A stretch of DNA of 64,000 bases from Alphaproteobacteria bacterium. Lineage in GTDB: Bacteria > Pseudomonadota > Alphaproteobacteria > UBA2966. The notes beneath the pieces are model-generated. The model ran no database searches. It saw only the letters and a list, made by a program, of their open reading frames with translations, and was not told the DNA's origin. Below, piece after piece: positions 58,384 through 64,000 of the stretch (position 1 is its first letter; each line of letters starts with the position of its first letter). The translations under genes and the position numbers were made by a program. Where the stretch lies: contig OZ219856.1 in NCBI GenBank assembly GCA_964291395.2, positions 1,536,001 to 1,600,000 of the forward strand, given 5' to 3'.

Positions 58384-59678
58384 ACGCGCTCGCCGACCTC
58401 GTCCGGCTGCCGGCCCATGAGGCGGCGGCGATGATCGCCGCCGGACGCTTGAGTTCGGAGGCGTTGGTATCGGCCTGCGTCGAACGGATCGCGGACCGAG
58501 ACGATGAAATCCGGGCATTCGCTCACTTCGATCCGGACCACGCCCTCGATCAGGCCCGTGCCCGTGACCGACGGGCTCCCGAGGGCCCGCTTCATGGCCT
58601 GCCGTTGGCGGTCAAGGACACGATCGATACCGAGGACTTCGCGACGGAATTCAATTCCCCCATTCATGCGGGGTCCCGCCCCGGCCGGGATGCCGCCTGC
58701 GTGGCGATCGCCCGTCACGCGGGCGCGGTGATCATCGGCAAGACCGCGACGGTCGAGTTCGCCGCGGGCGGCCGCAATCCCGATACCCGCAATCCGCACC
58801 ATCCGGCCCACGGCCCCGGCGGGTCGTCCAACGGTTCGGCGGCGAGCGTCGCCGACTTCATGGTTCCCCTGGCGCTGGGAACGCAGACGGGTGGATCCAT
58901 GATCCGGCCCGCCTCCTTTTGCGGCGTCTACGCCATGAAACCGACCTGGGGCGCGGTCAGCGTCAACGGAATCCGGATCAATTGCCCGAGTCTGGACAGC
59001 GTGGGCTGGTACGGCCGGGATGTCGGCGACCTCGCCTTGCTGGCGTCGCTCTACGAAATACCGGGCACGACCGATATCCCTGCCATGGAACCGGACGATC
59101 TGCGGATCGGCGTGTGCCGGTCTCCCGTTTGGGATCGGGCGAGCCCGGCTTCGCAAGCCGCGCTCGAGGAGGCGGCGTCGAGGCTGGAACGCGCCGGCGT
59201 GCGAACCGTGCCCCTGGCATTGCCCGAGGAATTTCAAGCCCTCCCCGATGCGGTGGCCACGATGATGCGAGGAGACGCGCGCGTCGCGTTCCTCCAAGAG
59301 TACTGGGCGGATCCGAACGGTCTGCACGACGATTTCAGGACCGACGTGGAAAACCGGCGTCAGCTGACGCCCCAGGACTTGACCCGGGCGTACGACACCG
59401 CGGCTGGTTGCCGGGCCGCCTTCGCGAGGGTCGTCGCCGACGTGGATGCCCTGATAACCCCGAGCGCGCCGGGCGAGGCGGTAATGTTCGAAGAAGGTCA
59501 CGGCGACCCCGCATTCAACGTCATCTGGAGCGCCCTGCACGCACCGGTCATCAACCTGCCCGGCTTGACCGGACCGCAAGGCCTGCCCGTGGGCATTTCA
59601 CTCGTGGGTTCCCGCTACGCCGACGGTCGGTTGCTCGGCATTGCCGAGGCCGTGGCGGAACTGATCGACGCCGGGTGA
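58356..59678 (+). CDS. Amidase-signature family amidase
   Basis: VKD, PGGSSNGS and GTQTGGSMIRPAS motifs. Confidence 0.92.
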   Translation: MASRDRQSVNALADLVRLPAHEAAAMIAAGRLSSEALVSACVERIADRDDEIRAFAHFDPDHALDQARARDRRAPEGPLHGLPLAVKDTIDTEDFATEFNSPIHAGSRPGRDAACVAIARHAGAVIIGKTATVEFAAGGRNPDTRNPHHPAHGPGGSSNGSAASVADFMVPLALGTQTGGSMIRPASFCGVYAMKPTWGAVSVNGIRINCPSLDSVGWYGRDVGDLALLASLYEIPGTTDIPAMEPDDLRIGVCRSPVWDRASPASQAALEEAASRLERAGVRTVPLALPEEFQALPDAVATMMRGDARVAFLQEYWADPNGLHDDFRTDVENRRQLTPQDLTRAYDTAAGCRAAFARVVADVDALITPSAPGEAVMFEEGHGDPAFNVIWSALHAPVINLPGLTGPQGLPVGISLVGSRYADGRLLGIAEAVAELIDAG

Positions 59679-59764
59679 AACGTCGCGGCCCCGGACGGGC
59701 GAAGACAATCCGCCAGGTTCTGCGCTACAGTGGCCGGATACCGCAGCATTGGGGAGACCCGTCC

Positions 59765-60163
59765 ATGGCAATCAAGGAAGCTGAAGACGTCACCGCCGAC
59801 CGGCAAACGGCCTCCATCGCCGAGCTCATGCAGCGGTACTTCGAGGCCATCCATGACGGGGACGTGCCCGCGCTGCGCGAGATCTTCCACCCCGAGAACC
59901 GTCTGGCGGGTCTGCGGGGCGACGAGGAACGATTTTCCTCGCTCGAGCAGTTCCTGGCCCGGGTCGAGAATCGGCCCAAACAGGACGCGTTCAACTACCG
60001 ATTGTTGTCGGTCGACCGTTCGGGCCGCGCCGGGGTCGCCAAGATCGCGTACCGCTATCACGGGGTCGATTTCGTCGATTACATGGCTGTCCTGGAACTG
60101 GACGGCCGGTGGCGAATCGTCGCCAAGTCCTTTGACGGTTATTACGTGTCCGAGGACGAGTAG
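59765..60163 (+). CDS. NTF2-like (putative lumazine-binding) protein
   Basis: YFEAIHDGD..L..IFHP...FVDY...WRIVAK. Confidence 0.85.
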   Translation: MAIKEAEDVTADRQTASIAELMQRYFEAIHDGDVPALREIFHPENRLAGLRGDEERFSSLEQFLARVENRPKQDAFNYRLLSVDRSGRAGVAKIAYRYHGVDFVDYMAVLELDGRWRIVAKSFDGYYVSEDE

Positions 60164-60201
60164 CCCGTGACCGGTTGGGCCCCGCAAGCCTTTAGGAAAG
60201 C

Positions 60202-61320
60202 ATGATGAGCGTCCAGGAACGCATCGACGCCATTCCCGACCTCGATGCACCGGCGTGGTGGCCCGACGGCTCTCCGCCCATGCCCGGCCGCGAAGTGACC
60301 GGCCCCCAAGCCTGGTACGGCGCGGACATGGCGAAGACGGACGAATGGATCTACACGCTCTCACCCGCAGAGATTTCCGAGATCGACACGGCGTTGGAGG
60401 GCGTGAAGGACAGAGCCGACGATCTACTGAACGTCACCAAGGAAGACTTCCCGCTTCCGACGTTCGGGCCGGTCATCGAAGATCTGCGCCATGAGATCCT
60501 GTTCGGCCGGGGTTTCACGCTGATTCGGGGCCTCGAGATCGAGCGCTACACGAAGCGCGAGGCCGCCGTGATCTTCTGGGGCGTCGGCCGACATTTCGGA
60601 GAGCCCCGCTCGCAGAACGGCAAGGGCCATCTGCTGGGACACGTACACGACCTGGGAAACGACGTCGGGAATCCCGGTCACCGGGGCTATCAGACGACGA
60701 TCGAACTCACCCACCACACCGATTCGACCGACATCGCCGGTCTGATGTGCCTGCGACCCGCCAAATCCGGCGGAGAGAGCAGCCTGGTCAGCTCGACGAC
60801 CATCCACAACGAGATGTTGCGTCGGCGCCCCGACCTGGTCGAGGAATTGTTCAAACCATTCCATGTCGACCGCCGGGAAGAGATTCCCGAAGGCAAGCTC
60901 CCCTATTACCTCATGCCCGTGTTCAACTGGCATCAAGGCAAGCTTTCCGGATTCTACTCCTGGCTTCAGGTCGAGATCGCCTCGCGGCATCCCGGCGTGC
61001 CGGCGTTGACGGACAAGCAGCGAGAGGCCGCCGCGATGATCCACGAACTCGCCTGGGAACCGCGGATCAATCTCATGACGAGCTTCAAGCCCGGCGACAT
61101 GCAGCTCGTGCATAACCACACGATATTTCATTCTCGGACGGCCTACGACGACTGGGACGAGCCGGACAGGAAACGCCACCTGCTGCGGCTCTGGCTCTGT
61201 CCGCCGGTCGCCCGCGAGCTGCCCGTTCAATTTACCGGTCGCTATGGGGGGATCGCGGTTGGAGACAGGGGCGGGATCAGGGTTCCCGGCGTGCCGTTGA
61301 AGGCACCGCTGGACCCGTAA
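60202..61320 (+). CDS. TauD/TfdA (CAS-like) dioxygenase
   Basis: HTD, AKSGGES, HSRT and RHLLRLWL motifs. Confidence 0.9.
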   Translation: MMSVQERIDAIPDLDAPAWWPDGSPPMPGREVTGPQAWYGADMAKTDEWIYTLSPAEISEIDTALEGVKDRADDLLNVTKEDFPLPTFGPVIEDLRHEILFGRGFTLIRGLEIERYTKREAAVIFWGVGRHFGEPRSQNGKGHLLGHVHDLGNDVGNPGHRGYQTTIELTHHTDSTDIAGLMCLRPAKSGGESSLVSSTTIHNEMLRRRPDLVEELFKPFHVDRREEIPEGKLPYYLMPVFNWHQGKLSGFYSWLQVEIASRHPGVPALTDKQREAAAMIHELAWEPRINLMTSFKPGDMQLVHNHTIFHSRTAYDDWDEPDRKRHLLRLWLCPPVARELPVQFTGRYGGIAVGDRGGIRVPGVPLKAPLDP

Positions 61321-61412
61321 GACCGTCAGCAGACCTCGTCCAGGTCTCGCCCGTGAAGGCCGCCTGCGAGATTGCCTTCGTGCCTCGGTGCCTTCGTGAT
61401 TGACGGTACGCG

Positions 61413-62183
61413 CTACTGGATGATCTGACCGCCGTCGACGACGAGCTCGGCGCCATTCACGAAACTCGCTTCGTCCGAGGCCAGATAGCACACCGCGTTG
61501 GCGATGTCCTCGGCCTGTCCGAGACGTCCCAGGGGAATCCTCCGGCGGCGTTCCTCCCGTCCCTGCTCGGGATCGTCGAAGATGAAATTGAGAACCGTTT
61601 CGCCCATCGCCGTTTCGATGATGCCCGGGTGGACCGAATTGCAGCGAATTCCGTAACCCTGCTTCCCGCAGTAGGCGGCCACGGACTTGGTAAGCTGCCG
61701 GACGGCACCTTTGCTCGCCCCGTACGGGACGAGCGCGGGAACCGCATAGATGCCGGCGATCGAGGACAGGTTGACGATCGCGCCACCACGATCCTTCATC
61801 GCCCTGATGGCGTGTTTGCAGCCCAAAAGGACGCCGTCGACATTGACCTTGCTGATGGCGTGCACTTCGTCCAGCGACAGATCTTCCGGGCTTTGCGGCG
61901 CGCCGGTACCGAGGATGCCGGCATTGTTGACCAGGATGTCGACCTTGCCGAAGCGATCGACGGTCTCCTTCATGACGGTTTCCCATTCGCTCTCGTCCGT
62001 CACGTCGTGGCCGAGGAATACGGCGCTCTCGCCAATCTCTTCGGCGACCCCGCGACCCGCGTTCGCGTTGACGTCCGTCACCACGACGGTCGCCCCCTCC
62101 GCCGCGAATTTCTTGGCCGTCGCTTTTCCGATACCCAATCCTCCGCCGGTGACGATCGCCACCTTGTCCGCCAGACGCGCCAT
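61413..62183 (-). CDS. Short-chain dehydrogenase/reductase
   Basis: TGGGLGIG, NNAG and YGASK motifs. Confidence 0.95.
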   Translation of the reverse strand: MARLADKVAIVTGGGLGIGKATAKKFAAEGATVVVTDVNANAGRGVAEEIGESAVFLGHDVTDESEWETVMKETVDRFGKVDILVNNAGILGTGAPQSPEDLSLDEVHAISKVNVDGVLLGCKHAIRAMKDRGGAIVNLSSIAGIYAVPALVPYGASKGAVRQLTKSVAAYCGKQGYGIRCNSVHPGIIETAMGETVLNFIFDDPEQGREERRRRIPLGRLGQAEDIANAVCYLASDEASFVNGAELVVDGGQIIQ

Positions 62184-62209
62184 GATCCCGTTCTCCCTCT
62201 CTTGTCGAT

Positions 62210-63595
62210 TCAGCCCCGGTTCAGCTCGCGAAGTCTTTCGACAACGAACTCCCTGCGTGCGCTTTCATCCAGTTCGTCCGCCTGGTAAAGGACGTCGGTG
62301 ACCCGGCGGCCCGCATCACCCAGGCATTGCCGGTCCGCTTCCCGATCCGCCTCTCCTGGAACGGTCAGCACCGTATCCTGCGCATAGGTGTAACGGGGAT
62401 TGGTGCGCCGCAAACCGCTCGCCCGCGAGCCGACCGCGGATTCGGGCGGCCACGCGGACGGCGTCTCCCTTCGCACCGCCCGTCGCAGCAGTTGCCTCAG
62501 CAGGGTCACGCCGGCGTCGGTGCTGGCGCGGTGCTCCAGGGCGTGTATGGCGATGGGACGCTGACCCGCCTGGGCTTCCCAGTCCCCCGGCGTGCGCTGC
62601 TTCGACTCGTAGTCGGGACGTTCGGCCTGACCGCCGAAATCGATCGAGTTGATGCCGACGCGCGTGCGGTCCCCACCCGGAAGGTCGTCGCGGAAAAAAC
62701 GCCAGCCGTAGAACGTGCACGACGTATCGTCGTGCGGAACGATCCAGCGCGTGACGTAGACGCGCCGGAAGAACACCTCCTCGCCGCCGATGTCGAAGAC
62801 GGTCCCGAAGTGGGCTTCGTTGGGGAATCTGAAGTGCACGTGCCGCACCCAGACCTTGTCGTCGGGCAGCCGGCGGTTGGAGATGTAAACCAAACCGCTC
62901 CCCTGGTGCGTTTCCTCATACTCGACGTGCGGGATTTCCCCGAACGAGCTGGAGAGCTGGAGCCCGGTCACGCGGCTGTGCAGAAACACGGAATGGACCG
63001 GATCCATCATGTTTTCATAGGTCTGGAGCCAGTTGTTGCCGTGATTGACCAGGAACGGGATCTTCTCGACATCGTCGCGGTCGAATGTCTCGCGCAAGGG
63101 AAACGCCGGTTTCTCCGCCGGCGGCCCCATATAGGCGAACACCAATCCGTCCCGCTCCAGGGCGGGATAGGCGCCGTGCGCCAAGGAGTCCTTGAGGCGG
63201 GAGTCCGGCGGTTCTCCGGGGGTTTCGAGGATCCTGCCGTCGATCCCGTACAGCCAGCCGTGGTAGCAGCAGCGGATTCCGTGCTCCGAAATGATGCCGT
63301 ATTCCAGGGACGTGCCCCGATGACTGCAGTGCCTGTGGAGCACGCCCACGGCCCCCGATTTGTCCCTGAACGCCACCAGGTCTTCGCCGAGAACCTTCAA
63401 CGCCAGGGGCAGGTCCTCCAGGTGCCGGGACAGGCAAACCGGCTGCCAGTGACGGCGCATGTACTCGCCCATGGGCGTACGCGGACCGACTTCCGTCAGC
63501 TCGGGATCGTAGGCCGGCACGTCGCGCAGGTAGTAGCCGGAATACGGCTCCCTGCGGTCCTGCCTCGAGGTTTGCGGCGTCACATTCCTCACCAC
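62210..63595 (-). CDS. Rieske non-heme iron oxygenase alpha subunit (phthalate 4,5-dioxygenase-like); start approximate
   Basis: CSHRG..CCYHGW Rieske motif; ENMMDPVH..FLH mononuclear iron motif. Confidence 0.92.
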   Translation of the reverse strand: MVRNVTPQTSRQDRREPYSGYYLRDVPAYDPELTEVGPRTPMGEYMRRHWQPVCLSRHLEDLPLALKVLGEDLVAFRDKSGAVGVLHRHCSHRGTSLEYGIISEHGIRCCYHGWLYGIDGRILETPGEPPDSRLKDSLAHGAYPALERDGLVFAYMGPPAEKPAFPLRETFDRDDVEKIPFLVNHGNNWLQTYENMMDPVHSVFLHSRVTGLQLSSSFGEIPHVEYEETHQGSGLVYISNRRLPDDKVWVRHVHFRFPNEAHFGTVFDIGGEEVFFRRVYVTRWIVPHDDTSCTFYGWRFFRDDLPGGDRTRVGINSIDFGGQAERPDYESKQRTPGDWEAQAGQRPIAIHALEHRASTDAGVTLLRQLLRRAVRRETPSAWPPESAVGSRASGLRRTNPRYTYAQDTVLTVPGEADREADRQCLGDAGRRVTDVLYQADELDESARREFVVERLRELNRG

Positions 63596-63629
63596 CCCGC
63601 CATCGTCCTCCCAGGGTCGCGGTCCCGAA

Positions 63630-64000
63630 CTACCGGTAGACGTAGATCGGGCTCGACCACGCAAGATGCCCGTCTTCCTGGGTTACGCGCACGAACAGCG
63701 GGTTGTCGCCACCGTCTTTGAGATCGATCGGCCGTTCGAGGCGCATGGCGCGGTGAGGATTGTCCTCCGGAAGCCGGAACACCCGCACGCGGCGGCCGAG
63801 GCCTCCGGCATCGGACACATGATCGTCGTACCCGACATCGCTCAAGGGCAGGTCGAGCTTCACCAGAGGCGTATCGAGCTTCAATTTGCCGCCGTCCGCG
63901 TCCGTGATCCAGGCGTCGAATCCCCCCAGATTTCCGGTCGTCAGGGCACGCCACCGGAGCGTGTCGTCGCCGATCCGGTCGATGGTCTTGTCCCGGTTGA
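63630..64000 (-). CDS. C-terminus of DUF3604-like protein (partial)
   Basis: VRVTQEDGHLAWSSPIY C-terminal motif; runs off window end. Confidence 0.75.
   Translation of the reverse strand, partial: NRDKTIDRIGDDTLRWRALTTGNLGGFDAWITDADGGKLKLDTPLVKLDLPLSDVGYDDHVSDAGGLGRRVRVFRLPEDNPHRAMRLERPIDLKDGGDNPLFVRVTQEDGHLAWSSPIYVYR

Noticed and set aside
315-63721. Many long overlapping ORFs (e.g. 315..1226, 1972..3771, 2328..3902, 15046..17322, 38053..39552, 60424..61986)
   Set aside because: Arg/Pro/Gly-rich shadow or antisense frames of well-supported genes, as expected at high GC
1-64000. tRNA, rRNA or CRISPR arrays
   Set aside because: None recognised by eye; tRNAscan-SE or Infernal would be needed to exclude them formally

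Overview
High-GC (roughly 65-68% by eye) bacterial chromosome segment, probably alphaproteobacterial (inferred from gene families; not provable from this window). The backbone carries catabolic and transport genes: four TauE/TSUP exporters, a TRAP system, an LLM oxidoreductase, amidohydrolases, amidases, TauD and PhyH dioxygenases, a Mo-pterin oxidoreductase, a Rieske oxygenase, EmrAB and AsnB. It is interrupted by a decayed mobile region (about 22.3-36.8 kb) and four intact type II toxin-antitoxin pairs. Best observation: an 8.36-kb element (25078-33433) with an intact P4-like integrase sits inside the catalytic motif of a different tyrosine recombinase gene. The two gene halves rejoin in frame through a 4-bp CCGC overlap, the rejoined element ends form a palindromic core, and arm-type repeats and an IHF consensus lie nearby. 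Its cargo includes a same-strand run of antitoxins with no toxins and two related 63-bp hairpins. Separately, a 127-bp gene 3' end duplication with only synonymous differences brackets a FitAB-like TA module next to an uncharacterised pair of paralogous, possibly HEPN-like proteins. No rRNA, tRNA or CRISPR array was seen.
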